From the human T2T-CHM13v2.0 reference genome, Homo sapiens, in the NCBI RefSeq assembly GCF_009914755.1, contig NC_060935.1: a stretch of 64,000 nt of DNA. One strand, written 5' to 3'. Positions within the stretch are counted from its first letter, which is position 1. Every line of letters begins with the position of its first letter. A program made the position numbers and the translations under genes. Below the pieces are notes generated by a model, which worked only from the letters and a program-made list of their open reading frames with translations, ran no database searches and was not told the DNA's origin. This document shows, one piece after another, positions 27,119 to 41,752 of the stretch.

Positions 27119-28499
27119 CATTTAAAATAATCAATCAGGAACAAAACTGCCTAGGAATAAATATAGCAGAAACAAACAAAAAGTCTGAAGGCTATAGCTG
27201 AACACAATTTAAATCAAAATATGTAGAATTGTAAAGCTTTATGACATTTCACAATAATCAAATTCTCTTTGAGAAAAACCATTTACGGATAAGAATCAGG
27301 AAAACCAATTGTTCTAAGTATATTTATAAGTTGTGCGACAGTATAAAATCCTGCAAGACTACTATGACTACAGAAACATAGAGTAAGAATTGTCTGTCAC
27401 AATGGAAAGCAGGGAAAGCTTGTGCAAAACATGTCAGAAAAGACTTTCTCTCCACTAATGGATAAGAAACTAGTATTTTTTAATACAGTTTTAAACTAGA
27501 GAGTTTATGTCCAAGTTTTCAAACCCCTTGTAATTATTGGAAGTAAACTTGGACATAAATTTTGTCTTTTTCTTTACCTGCTTAGGCAGAATAAGTTTTG
27601 GGGCAAATGCTATAAGTGCAAAAAAAATCTATTCTAAAATAAAGTAACATTTTTTTTTTCATGCTGAGTTACTAGCAAGTGATTAAAGCCTTTTGATTTC
27701 CAGCTGTTCTGACAACCTACTGATGAAATCCTGACATAAGTGAAATAGGATAAAAGTCAAGAAATCATATAATAGGCCAAGGCTTTTCTAGTCCTGAAAA
27801 AGACATGAAAAAAGCTCAAAATATCTTTCAAAGAGAATAAGGAAAAATCTGAGTTAAATTAATATGTGGTGGGTAAGAGTTGATGTTTAGTGTGAACAAT
27901 GGCATACCTTTAAACTAAGAGAAGGGATTAATGTTAAGCTTTTACTGTGCATGAATCACTGTGCGTGTGCTGGGAATAAAAATAAAATAATTATAAGGCA
28001 CGATTCCTGCCTTTAAGACTGTTGTCTGTGAGGGAGATGGACCAAAATAACATATGATGCAGAAGGCCCTGTTGGGACCCTAAAGTGGACATATAGCCTC
28101 ATGGGGATGATGGAACCTCACCAATAATGGTACAGAATCACATGGAAAGGTTAAAACATGGATGCTTTGGCTCCATATCTGACATTCTGATTTAATGATC
28201 TTATATTATTTTGAAAAAATGTTTTATATCAAATTAAGCATGACTATATTGAAATCAAATGAAATGTGTTTTGTAAACAGTTTTTAAAAGATCAGAGATT
28301 TGGGGGTTTTGGAGAAACACTGAAGTAGATATTTAATTCAAGACTTAGGTAAATCCTAACAAAATGCAAGAACAAAGTGAAGGAATAATTAATAAAAACA
28401 GTAAATTGGAATACACCAGCAAACAAAGTAAAAGTAATGAATATATCCAATAGTTTACAGCTGGAATTGGTAAGCAATACAATTTATTAGCAATTAGAA

Positions 28500-28847
28500 C
28501 ATTGGTCCCTAAACTTTTTGGCACGGGGGACTGGTTTCATGAAAGGCAATTTTTCCATAGATGTGGGGCAGGGATGGGCATGGCTTCCAAATGAAACTGT
28601 TCCACCTAAGATCATCAGAGATTAGATTCTCATAAGGAGCACACAGCCTAGTTCCCTCGTATGTGCAGTTCACAATAGGGTTCACACTCCTATGAGAACC
28701 TAGTGCCTGCTGCTGATATGACAGGAGGCAGGCCTCAGGAGGTAATGCTGGCTTGCCTGCTGCTCACCTCCTGCTGTGTGGCCTGGTTCCTAACAGGACA
28801 TGTACTGACTGGTACTGGTCAGCAGCCCAGGGTATTGGGGACCCCTG
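28500..28847 (+). mobile_element. MER1B hAT-Charlie non-autonomous DNA transposon, complete
   Basis: TIR remnants cattggtccctaa / ttggggacccctg; perfect 8-bp TSD aattagaa at 28492-28499 and 28848-28855. Confidence 0.92.
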
Positions 28848-29954
28848 AATTAGAAGATTATATTCTGTGAAATATTACTTTCATTGGATAGTCAGGAATT
28901 TTACGAGAATACAAAAGTCTTGTAATGATTATTAAATTTGGCAAACATTGAACTAAATAGTTTATTTTCTATCAGCCCTCTTAGAGCTTTACTTTTGTAA
29001 ACCAGAATGCTATTTTAACTTTGAAAGGCCAGTGATTAAAGCAGGCCATCTATTTAGAGGAAGAAAACTTGACAGTAAGTTGTGCTATTTTTCTAACTTG
29101 TCTTGTTTATCACCTGTGAAATCTTTTTCTGAGTGCAAAGATGGTGTCATAGGAAAGGTGAAACCATTCTCAAAGTATGAAGCCCAGGTACTGAGGCAGC
29201 TTGATCTGATCCACAGCGAGGACCTCAGATGAGAATGTTTTCGGTGCCTTTTGGTTCATTTTCCAAACATGCTAATTCTGAGGTATGGCAGAGGTATGGT
29301 TCAGTTAATAATTGTGCTTTAACCAGAAATAAAAAATAAGATGCGTTTGTTAAACTTGGTGTTGTAGGAAATTATTTTTCCTTTCTTTTATTAAAAAGAA
29401 GACTAAAAAGGAAAATTGTGCTGCTTTTTCTAGAAAAGTACCATTGTAATTTCATGGGAGCTGTTGAAATTGGGAAGGTTCAGTCTTAGATAACATATGC
29501 AATTTTCTGTCTTGTAAGTAGAAAACAGTATCATGGCATGATGGAGGGCACAAAGGAAATAAATACATAAAAAAGGTCCGTAATTATTTCCAAGTGTGTA
29601 ATTTCATAGCAGGAACTTTTCAAAGAAGAAGCAGAGATATTTAAGAAGAAGAAAAAAATTACGTAAGTCTTTTCTTAATATAAATGAATATTTTTTACAT
29701 TCCTGTAGTCCACAAGAGTTATTTGTACCCTTCTTCAAGTTCCTTACAGGATTACAAGCCAGGATTCTAATTATGTTAAAGGTAATGTAGTTTAGTGATG
29801 AGGATTTTAGGCATCAGGCTCACTTGGGATTATATTTCAGGTCTGCAACTTACTAGAGGTACATTTTCTCTAAATCTCTATTACAAAACTTGAAAAAGTA
29901 TTAAGAATAATAATAATAGCATCCTATCTGAAAGTTTAATGGAGAATAAAGTTT

Positions 29955-30200
29955 ATTTCAGTTAGACATAAGGAATAGGTTAAAGGGATCTATTAAACAT
30001 GATGAGTATAGTAAAAAACAATGTATTGTATACTGAAAATAGCTAAGAGAGATTTTAAGCATTTTCACAACAAAAAAAGGATAAGTGTATAAGGTAACGC
30101 ATATGTTACTTAGCTCAATTTAGCCACTATGCAAAACATCATGTTGTATACAATAAATATATACAATTTTTTTTCTATTAAAACTAAATACATCAACAAA
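29955..30200 (+). mobile_element. L1MA 3'-end fragment (similar short pieces at ~30680-30750 and ~60420-60480)
   Basis: aatgtattgtatactgaaaatagctaagagagattttaag..cacaacaaaaaa motif of the L1MA 3'UTR. Confidence 0.75.
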
Positions 30201-30300
30201 ACAAAGATAAAATTATAAAAATGCAAAACAAAAAAACATTGAAATGACTTACTGGAGTGCTTAGTAAGTGAGATGCTTGACAAATATTAAACATTATTAT

Positions 30301-30600
<300 letters not shown>

Positions 30601-31669
30601 CCCTCTTTTTCTGTGTGTGTGTATACCTATATACACACAAACACAAATGCATTTTTTTCAGTATACAACGTATGCAGCATGTATATTGTATACTGGTAAC
30701 AGCTAAAAGTAGATTTTCAGTGTTCTCACCACAAAAAAAAAGGATATTGGATGTTATATATATTTTTATATGTATTATATATATTATATACATAAAAATA
30801 CATATATAATTATCTGTTTTATATTATAATGTGAGTTTAATTTCTAGTCCCACTAGAAATTAAGCTAGTGTACCTTATAATTCAGTGCATCATTTATTTC
30901 TTCAGAGATGCTTAAGGATACGTGAACGATAAATATGGTACAACACCCCTGTACCTCTTCTCCAAAGTTTTCTTACACAAGGGACTCTTTAACGAAATGC
31001 TCTCATTTTAATTTGACCTCTAGGTTTTTAAATTTTATTTTATCTTTCTGTTCTTGTTTTTCTTGCTGAAATTTTGTGAACTTCAGCTGTTTACAGAAAA
31101 AAAAAGATAAAAATGAAAACAACAGAAAACTAGAGTTGTTGATATTTGGTTCTAATTATGTCACTTTACTGAGTACTCCTTGCTAAGTCAAATGCCTTAA
31201 ATAATTTCTTTCATCTGTCTTAAAGTTTTCTTTCTATATTTATTATTTATCACCCTTCCCTCAGTTTCTAGTTTTACTTTATCCTTTCACATTGAGATGG
31301 CTGAGGCAGGACCCAGGGTTTTAACATGGGGTTGCTCAATATGGAATGAAAGAATCCTTGCACATTCTCATCCTTTCTAATTTCCCTTAGCTTTGTCTAC
31401 CAGGGCTTGAATTTACATTTTCCTTTGGAACTCCTTAGTTACTTCTTTATTCTGCATTTGGATTTTTGCTTGCTCTATTGGATTTCATTATTTTGGCTTT
31501 TTAACATATGTGCATTATTTTAGATTTTAAAGTTTTGAGTTCACGTAATTTCATTATTTTGTCTGACAAAATTGGCTTGGTCTTGAGTCCTTTTTTCATC
31601 AACAAGGATTTAGGATAGTATGTGCCTCAGAACTGAAGATTCTTATTTTATATCTGGCCTAATATTTGA

Positions 31670-31880
31670 AATTCAATGTATTAAGTATTGACTATGTATC
31701 AGGTACTTTGTAGTGATGGTCTTATTTAATCTTCACAAGGATTCTATGGGGTGGATATTATCATCTCCATTATTCAGATGAGGGAATGAGGCCCAAGAAC
31801 AGGTGGTAAATATAAAAGTTGGCTTTGGAGGAAAGATCTATCTTCTGCCACAGGCCACACTTCAATTTACCATGAGGCAT
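31670..31880 (-). mobile_element. MIR SINE
   Basis: atttaatcttcacaa..ctatggggtggatattatcatctccatt..cagatgagggaatgaggccc MIR core. Confidence 0.75.
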
Positions 31881-33649
31881 TGTCTCCCACTGACCCTTTC
31901 TTCCTCTCCTGCCTGAATGCTTTCTTCTTTATTCCCATCTTTTCAGCTTCATTCCTCTATAGCATTCCTTTCACTTCTATGTTAAAAGAGAAAGGAGTCA
32001 AAGATGAAACAGACAAGGACCTTACACTCAGGTAATTCACAGGCTCATTTTTTATTTAATCATATAATATGTATGTAATTGGCATTTTCTAAATATTTTT
32101 AAATAAATAAAAATTGAATTTCAATTTATCTCAAGAAAGCTTAAATTCTTCCATTTCTGTTTTTAGTTAAGCAAATACTAAAGTTATATCTTTTGATAAT
32201 TTGTTATATTTTAGAACTCTCTCAACTCAGTACTAGCTATTTTTTTCTATAGTCAAATACTTTTGTTTCATATTATACAGATTACAGTGACATATTTTAG
32301 ACTCTGTAATTAGAATGTCTAGATGAGAGGAGGAAGCATCAGTTTGGAAAATTTTCAGAAGAGTCTGGTGGGGAGAATATATAATTGAATAAGTCTGTGT
32401 CTGATTGTCAATGTCAACAGTTGCTTTTTGGAAGTAATTGACAATATCAGAATTAAAAATCTCAAATCAAGCATTACAACAACTCAACTAAATAAGCCAG
32501 AGAAACTGTTGAGTAATAGAGAATTACTTTTCTGAGTGAATTTGTAAAGAATTGACACAGTAGAAGAAGAAAGAAAAAATGGTAAATGCAGTTCATCAAG
32601 TAGTTTATTTGTGCAAAGTGATAATTTAAAGCGTTAAATATTAAGATTGTAATAAATATGCTATTTTGAACTTCTACGGTTCTTTGAAATATAAATTAAA
32701 AAATTATTTAACATAAATTAATTTATATTAATTCATCAGAAACTCATCACTGAAATTGAGATAACACAGTGAAAATGATGAATAAAGATTCAGCTTTTCA
32801 TAGAACATGTAGCGTCATGATTTGGGCTTTTTTTCGTTTTTTTTTCTTAAAAAATTAATAAATTTGCTACAGTAATTCTTTTTAATTCTTGGTATATTTA
32901 AAACAATTCAGATACTGTCTAAATTGATACCACTTGTGCCTTTCTAGGGCCTTATAAAAAGCCAAACATTCATTTAAAAGGCACGGAAACTCAAGTTATA
33001 CTTAATATTTTTTAACTTTTTCATTCCTTCGTTTTTCATTCATAAAATAATCAGTTTATCTCATTTTAAAGCAATCTTTTTTTCAGTATTTTGAAATAAA
33101 TAGTAGTGTGCACTTGGGATTTTTCAAAGACAAATTCAGAGCAACTTTTGAAAAAGCAAACTTTAAAAGCAATGCATCATGCATGATTGCTGATATTCAC
33201 CCAGTTAAATAACTGTACTAATTGTACCCATAATTTATATATTTCATTATTATTTAGATTAACCAATAAATAGATTAGTTACACTTAAGAATTAAAAGAC
33301 TTGTGAAGACACATGATTGTACTTATCTTAAAAGTAGGTTATTAAATAATTGATGGCCTTTTTTTGTTTCTCAGATGTAACATATCAAGTGGACAATTTA
33401 AAACAAAAAAAATAAGAAAAAGAATGGAAAGTCTCCGCCTCTGAAATAGCACAGAACAGTAATTACTGTGACTCATTGACTGCAAATTTGGTAGCAAGCA
33501 ATGTGATAAGTCCTCTCCCTCATGGTTCTTATTTCATTCTCTCACTTATTGAAATAATTATTGATAGACACATTTTATGAATGAAGTTTTTTCAATTCTG
33601 AGCTGAAGTTCAGATTGGATTTAATATCATACCTATGAGGATAAAGCTA

Positions 33650-34160
33650 ATGTATTAATTAGGAATTGCATTTATCTAAATAGACTAAACCAAGTAAGCA
33701 GTAGCTTAAACAAAATAATGATTTCATTTTTATTACACTTTTAAAAGTCTGGGAGTAAGCATTTCAAGGTAGGATGGGGGTTCCATGATGAAATCAGGAT
33801 TTTGGACTTTGATATTTCTATAAACTTATCCATCAGTACTATGTGCTCACTCTTTCATAGTCAACTAAAAAAAAGCAGCTTCAATTCTAGCTAGTTTTCC
33901 TTTTCCTTTCAAATAGAAAAAAGAAAGGCCAGAAGTCAGCAGTTTCTCTTCCCCTGAGTCCCTGTCCTCATATAAAGATACTTTCCCAAGCCCCTTCTGA
34001 AAACTTCTGCTGAAATATCATCAGACAAAAACATATTGCATAGTCAGACTTAATAGCAAAGGAAGCTGAACACAACTTTTTATCTAAGCACTTTACTACT
34101 ACAGCAAAATCAGATTCTAGTAGTAAAAAAAGAATGGGAGGATAGATCTTATAGCAACCA
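33650..34160 (-). mobile_element. Old MLT1 (J/K-like) MaLR LTR
   Basis: cagtagcttaaacaaaata...aagtctgggagtaagca...gcaaaggaagctg pattern. Confidence 0.55.
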
Positions 34161-34883
34161 AAAAGCTAGATCATAAAGGAGAGAAGAGCTAGGATCTAAA
34201 GCAAGATTTTCTAATGTCAAACCCAGGGCAGATAATCACTACCTTACAGAACATCCCATATTTTCCCTGGCCTCAGGCATATAAAAAAAACCTCAGAAAA
34301 AATATAATAGAAAAGAATGTGATAAATATTTTTTGAATCTGATGAATGTCACAAATGTCAGTATATCAATTGGGAGTGAAGTAGTAAGCAAAAGAAAGCT
34401 TTATAAATATGGTGGGTCATAAACAATATATGAAAGCCTTCTCTTTTTTTGGTTTATTCTCCTGAAAATTGAAACCTTGTAAAATATTTCCAATTTGCCA
34501 TGCTGACCCTACTTGACTGAACTGTAGTTTAACTGTAAGAGAAAATTGTGAAATGTCAAGAATGAGGGAAATATGCTATGTAGGTGTAAGAAACAATTTT
34601 TTATGTGCATAAGTGAAATCTAAGTCTACTATAGCAATGTTGATTTATTACTTTCCATTCCCTATTTTATAGGGCATAGAAAGGTATTTCTGCAGAAGTA
34701 TTTGAGCAAAGTTATTATAAATGCTCAAATTCCTTCTAGTTTTAGCATTTGATTCCTTTGTCCTAGAATCCTACATTTCTGACTTTAATCCAACCTTGAC
34801 TCATGGTGGTCACTGAAATAATTACATGCTCATTGGAGATTGTTTTTTTGGGGGGAGCCCTTACTTGAAAATTGAGGACTTTA

Positions 34884-35184
<301 letters not shown>

Positions 35185-36827
35185 AAGAAGCAAAACAAGG
35201 TCATGTAGAATTAAGTTAGTTAAATATAACCAAACCACAGGTAAATACATTAAAAACATTACTTGTTTGTTAGGAATGTGACAGTTTAAAAAAATTCATT
35301 TATAGTGTTTCCTTAAAAATATGAAGAAAATACTTCAATTAATGTAGTCAATTCTAAAACCAATTTATTTTATTTAAACAAAACTAAAATTTCTCAAGCA
35401 GATGTTGAAATTTAGAAATCTATTACCTGTATTCATCTATGCTACTCTCAATATTTAAGCAACATTTCTTTCAGTCTAAAAGATATCAAATTATATCTGT
35501 ATGTTCATGTGAATTCATATACAGAAGTATCAGAAACTTTTATAAAACAGATTACTAGGGAGCAACCGAGACAGACGTGCTGTTCCTCAGAGTTACGTTT
35601 GTGGCAGGTACCATGGTTATTGGCATATAATAGGAATTCAACATATATGAATAAATTGATATATTAAAATATTAAACAAAGCTAGTGACAGATTTTCTAA
35701 ATAGACATATTTCATGATATTTAAAAGAAGCACACGATAGCCTAGTTGTTTCAAATTTATGTATGTTTAGTATGATGTAAGTTATCATATATACTCTGAT
35801 GCTTGTGCACAACCTATGTCTGTTTATGCATATATTTGCAAAATTATTTCATTTATTTCATTCTGTAAAGCTAATCAGCTTAACAGAACTTACTTTGGGT
35901 TTTATTATATTTTGGTTCAGTTAAAAGACAATAGTGTTTATATTTTTTATATTTGCTTCAAGACTTCTAGAGCAGATAGACACAAGATGCTGTGCATCTT
36001 GCCAACAATACTGGGAAGATTCATTTTCCTTCCTCATTGAGTGGCATATCAAATACATAGTCTGGGAGTTTATCTGTGATAAATGCACTCTGTTTAATGC
36101 AATGAGACAGTCTCTTAATGTGAGTGTCTAGCATAGTTTCAGCTAAATCTCCTCTGCTGACTTAATTAGAAAGAGCTTAATATTAATTACTTTGCATCGA
36201 AATTTTTGGAGTCTTGCAAATGAAAAAAATATATAATCCTTTTACAGAATGAAAAAATGCTCAGTAATGAAAACAGTTTGCATGGTTTTTAAGTGTGTGC
36301 AAATATGTTAAGCAGCTAATGAATTATTCAACACTCTGCATCCTTGGAAGATGTACAGATTGTAATGAGCCTCCCTAATTTGACTTTCATACCAGATTAT
36401 TTTATTTCCAGTTGTTTTTATTAAATAGTATTCATTAGAAAAATTTATTTATCAATTTACCATATCTTGCAAATAAGGAAAGCTAAATACGTATTTTCAG
36501 CAAGTTTTGTAGTTTTTGCTCTAGAATTTCTGGTACTGATAAATATTGTTTTAATTATCTTACTGTGTTATAGAAATGTAAGCAAAATATAAGTGGAAAT
36601 CTTCTCAGTTTGATTATGCTTTTACCCAGAAGCTATGTGTAAAACAAGTACATAGAGCTCAACTTTAAGTATGTGTCAATACTCTAGGCTATTTTAGTGT
36701 GTCTCGCTCTTGAGCTGCCTGGCTCAAAGCTCAGTGAAGAAAACTGCTACATATACAAAGTTTTGCTTCAAATATATATATATACATTTGATATATGTAA
36801 TATATATTATAATATATATTATATATA

Positions 36828-37549
36828 TGTATTAGTCCATTCTCACGTTGCTATAAAGAACTACCTGAGACTGTAACCTACGAAGAAAAGAGTTTTAGGC
36901 CGGGCACGGTGGCTCATGCCTGTAATCACAGCACTTTGGAATGCCGAGGTAGGGGGATCACGAGGTGAGGAGTTCGAGAACAGTCTGACAACACAGTGAA
37001 ACCCCATCTCTACTAAAAATAAAAATAAATAAAATAAAAAATAGCCGGATGTGGTGGCGAGTGCCTGTAATCCTAGCTACTCGGGAGGCTGAGGCAGGAG
37101 AATCTCTTGAACCTGGGAGGTGGAGGTTGTAGTGAGCAAGTGAGCAGAGATCATGCCACTATGCCACGGCACACCAGCACCAGTGACAGTGCAAGTCTCC
37201 TTCAAAAAAAAAAAAAAAAGTTTAGTTGGCTCACAGTTCCACAGGCTGTACAGGAAGCATGGCTAGAGAGGCTTAAGGAAATTTACAATCCTGGTGTAAG
37301 GTGAAGGGGAAGCTGGCAGGTCCTAGATGGCTGGAGCAGGAAGAAGAGAGACAGCAAAGTGGGAAGTGCTACACACTTTTAAACAACCAGATTTCATGAG
37401 GACTCCATCACGAGAATGTCAAGGGGGAAATTCCCCCCGCCATGGCCCCGCCCGTGATCCAATCACTTCCCAGCAGGCCCCTTCTTCATCATGTGGGGAT
37501 TACAATTGGACATGAGATACAGGTGGGGATACAGAGCCAAACCATATCA
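36828..37549 (-). mobile_element. MSTA-like MaLR solo LTR interrupted by an Alu
   Basis: tgtattagtccattctcac start, ccaaaccatatca end; continuous across the Alu. Confidence 0.9.
36898..37219 (+). mobile_element. AluS (Sg/Sc-like) nested in the MST LTR
   Basis: ggccgggcacggtggctca...ggatcacgagg...poly(A). Confidence 0.95.
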
Positions 37550-37829
37550 TTTTTTATTCAGAAGGACATAAAACGTCTTTTATTATTTTTATTGACAAAG
37601 CGACATTGAGAGGTATTTGGATGGTTCCTGCCATTTTATGCTATTAAAAAAAGGTTTTTAAAACTGAACTCTACTTGTCTTTTGTAATTTTTACACCACA
37701 GATCTCATTAAAGTGGTTAGAAATACGCTACTACTAAAAACCAAAGCATATTAGTATAAAAAGCATATTAGTAATAAAAGCATATTCGTAACTTTTATTA
37801 CTAAAAAAGTATATATATATGTATACTTT

Positions 37830-37990
37830 TTCTAATTTAATCCTCCCAGGAAGCAATGCTATGATGTAGGGGTTATTATTTTCTCCACATTGTTGATGAA
37901 GAACTGAGCTTCAGACAAGTGAAGTGACTTTCCTATGTCATACCAAGCAGTTTAGCAAAGGGGTAAAGAGTCAGCTCCCACTATTGCCCT
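37830..37990 (-). mobile_element. MIR SINE
   Basis: gatgaagaactgagcttcagacaagtgaagtgactttcc core. Confidence 0.65.
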
Positions 37991-39124
37991 CTTTAACTCA
38001 TGCTGGGAATGCATTCTTCTAGGTTGAAGCCATTATTTTTTTTTATTGCTTTAATTTGAAGGAACTAAATTGTGTGTTTTCCTCACAGCTGTACAGTAAC
38101 TCATGTAATATTCTTCAAGAATCTTGCTAACTTATAAAATGTACGTTGTCTCACCAACTCTAATTACAACCTATGTGAGAATTTTGAAAATGCTTTTCGC
38201 AAGATTTTTCCAAGTATAATTGAGGCTGGCAGCCAACACAATTTTCAATTCGATTTTCCTCACTTTAATCCTGGAATTGTTTTCTGTAAGAGGACAGAGT
38301 AGAGAGATGAAACTAAATAACGTGAATCTATAGTCAACAAAGAGATATATTTGACATTTTATTATAAAATTTTAGCTTTCAAATTTTCAATAATAAGACA
38401 TATAGAATCAAATTCTTTTAAAATTTTTCATCAGTTTTTTTCTTTTATGTAGATTAAAAGATTGACTTAATCTTAAAAATTTGTTACATTTCTTGTAAAT
38501 AATAGTAGCACCAATAAATGTTAGTTTAATTATGCCTTCCTCTAAAACTCTACAAAAGCTATTCAAAAATGGCTTTATATTAAATTCAAGAATAATGTAC
38601 ATGATACAGTTCTAGCAAAAATGTATATTTTCTGATTTTGGTGGCAGATTGATAATGTATGAGTTACATGTTCTGGTTTCGACTTTGTTGCTATAGTAAG
38701 ATATATAATTTTTTTATATTTTCTGTTTGTTCTGTGTCAGTAAACTTACAAGATAGTAATATAAGAACAATCTATTTCTTCAACTATTAGCAAGTTGGAA
38801 AGGAATGCATAAAACCATATAAATCCTTCCCATTGATTTATGGTTGACATGGGATGAGGAGGAGAGAGCATTTGAGAAGAGTGGCCCTATGCGGTCATTG
38901 TTCTGGTTTGACCAAGGGGGCAAAGGGCAGTAATGCATAAAGAAGAGTGCTAAATGTGCTTTCATGAAATCCTCTGTGGCTCTTGTCATCTTCAATCCTT
39001 GATTACTGGCCTTCCTTTGTAATTCCCACAATAAAATTTAAACTAATCCCCTTAAAAGATACTCTCTGTGTCCCCACTATGTTTTCCTATAGACACAGAG
39101 AGACTATTACATATTTTGAAGTTA

Positions 39125-39692
39125 TTTAACTGCCAAGGGGTTCTTCCTGCCCACTGTACAAATAAAGACAACAGCATTACAGTAAAGAAAGAATTGAACA
39201 GACACAAGGCCAGCCACGTCACAAAGAAGACAGAGTCAGTACTCATATGCTCTCCTTCAGAGCTCCTAGGGTAGAGGTTTCTCAAAGGCAGTTTGGGGGA
39301 AGGTTGGAGATGGCTAGGCTTGCTGCTGATTGGTTGGGGAAGAGAAGATATCATAGAGGGTCAAAGCTGTCCTCCTGTCTGCTGCGTTGCTTCTGGGTGG
39401 GGCTATAGGAGCAGGTGTATCTAGGTGGAGCCATGGGTGTCAGACATGCAAAAAACCTGAAAAGATATCTCTAAAGGCCAATTTTAGGTTCCACAATAGT
39501 GATATGATTTGCAAAGGTAATTGAGGAAGTTGCATATCTTATAACCTCTGCAATAATGGCTGACAATCATTTATGTCTGCACCTTAGCAGCACTCAGGCT
39601 CCTCTCCTCTCTTCAGCCTGATGACTTCCCATTAGCTTTACAAAAGTTGTTGAATTTGGGGAGAAGCCTGTTATTATTTAAACAATATCCTG
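39125..39692 (-). mobile_element. ERV1 MER4-group LTR fragment (LTR8/35/36/39-related)
   Basis: taactgccaaggggttcttcctgcccactg terminus; tgcaaaaaacctgaaaagatatctc internal motif. Confidence 0.7.
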
Positions 39693-40216
39693 CATATTGG
39701 TGTTGCAAGGTTCTTTGTCTAGGATGCCTTTCTAACTCTTAAATATAATTAAACTTTATTCCTTTGCTGATACAGTGTTATAAGTATCTGAACCCTAATT
39801 TCATGTTGCCATAGCTATTAAGGGGACTGAGACCCCTTTTCTTCCTTTAAGTCTTGACTTTCTGGGTCCTAAACAAATGTAATTTTACACTGAGATTATT
39901 TAAACGGCAAAATCTTAGCCTATAGGACTTCCTTTATCCAACTGAAGACTCCAGATAAAACCTGACTTGGAAAGGGACTAAAAGTATAAGTTGCAAAACC
40001 TTATCAAGCACCATAAACATCAACCTTGTAGGTAGTGAAATGGGGAACCTTAACAAGAAAGCTACTGTTATCTGGAGATATTTTATTTGCCCTTTAATAT
40101 TATACAAATGCAAAGAAAACACTTGGCACTGCATGTTAAAGCCCTCCGGCACTAAAATTCTGGATTTTATCTCTCTGTCTGCATTTGCATTTTCATTCTC
40201 TTTCCCTCTCTTTCTT

Positions 40217-40228
40217 TCTCTCTCTCTC

Positions 40229-40270
<42 letters not shown>

Positions 40271-40294
40271 TCTCTCTCTATATATATATATATA
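40217..40294. repeat. Compound (TC)n(TG)n(TC)n(TA)n microsatellite
   Basis: Read directly. Confidence 0.95.
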
Positions 40295-40938
40295 GTACCT
40301 ACTGTGAATCACACGTTACTTCCTTAATATTAGTAGAAATTATATGGATTCCAGCAGATGCTGGTAGACCAAATAAGAACTTCCAGCTTTTTCAATTCTT
40401 TTGCTAGTTAATCTATCTCAATCTACTTTGACTTCCATTTATACTCTCACCTCATTTCTCACATGATTTTATCTTTATCCCACGCCACACTACTGACTAC
40501 CACAGTGCCCCAGCCAAAATTCTTGTGTACATCTGATATGCTTTTCAGTACTTGAGAATTTGTAAATTTCTTTTAATACTGTTCTGCAATCTCACTTAGC
40601 TTAACGGAGGGCTCTCTGCTTGATCAAGAGAAATTAAGACTTTTATTCACTCTTAATCACCTAGAGAGCGATATATCAGAAGTATACTTAAGGAATAGAT
40701 AGAGACTAGTGGTTTTCTTACCATGTTAATAATAGCAAATGCATGTCAATTTCAGCACAAGTTTTAGGGATTAAATACTGTACTAGCTTTCTCGCAAATA
40801 TTTAGAACTCTTAATTGAAGTTACTAAGTCCAAACTACCTCTGTATTAGTAAATATGTTGTGCCCCAATTTTTTTTAGCCTCTTGAAGGATGAGCAGGGG
40901 TAATAGAAGAATCTTTTAGCACTTATGAACTGCCCATG

Positions 40939-41752
40939 TGTATTACTCCGTTCTCACACTGCTATGACGTACTGCTAAAAGGCTGGGTGATTTAAAAAGG
41001 AAAGAGGTTTAATTGACTCACAGTTCCTCATGGCTAGAAAGGCCTCAGGAAACTTACAATTATGGCTGAAGGCATCTCTTGACAGAGCAGCAGGAGAGAG
41101 AATGAGTGTCAGCAGGGGAAATGCCAGACACTCATAAAATCATCAGATCTCATGAGAATTCACTCACTATCATGAGGATAGCATGAGAGAAACCACCCCC
41201 ACGATTAAATTACCTTCCACCTGGTCCCTCCCATGATATGCGGAGATTATGGAATTATAATTCAAGATGAGATCTGGGTGGGGACACAAAACCAAACCAT
41301 ATCATTTTGCCCCTGGCCCCTCCCAAATCTCATGTCCTTACATTTCAAAACACAATCATGCCCTTCCAACAGTCCCCCAAAGTCTTAACTCATTCCAGCA
41401 TTAACCAAAAAGTCCAAGTCCAAAGTCTCATCTGAGACAAGGCAAATCCCTTTCCCCTATGAGCCTGTAAAGCGAAAATCAAGTTAATTATTTCCTAGAT
41501 ACAATGGAGATACAGGCAGTGGGTAAATATACCCATTCCAAATGGGAGAAATTGGCCACAACAAAGGGGCTACAGGCCCTATGCAAGTTTGAGATCCAAT
41601 AGGGCAGTCATTAAACCTTAAAGTTCCAAAATGATCTCCTATGACTCCATGTCTCACATCCTGGTCACACTGATGCAATAGGTGGGCCCCCACAGCCTTG
41701 GGCATCTCCACCTCTGTGGTTTTTCAGGGTACAGCCCCCATCCCAGCTGCTA
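40939..41752 (-). mobile_element. THE1 (C/D-like) 3'LTR 40939-41304 plus truncated internal 41305-~41752
   Basis: tgtatta..accatatca LTR; internal part is the reverse-complement homologue of ~11480-11885. Confidence 0.92.

Noticed and set aside
37744-37790. Three copies of an aaagcatattagta-like unit (similar small duplications at ~8788 and ~18960)
   Set aside because: Ordinary slippage duplications without spacers or other structure.
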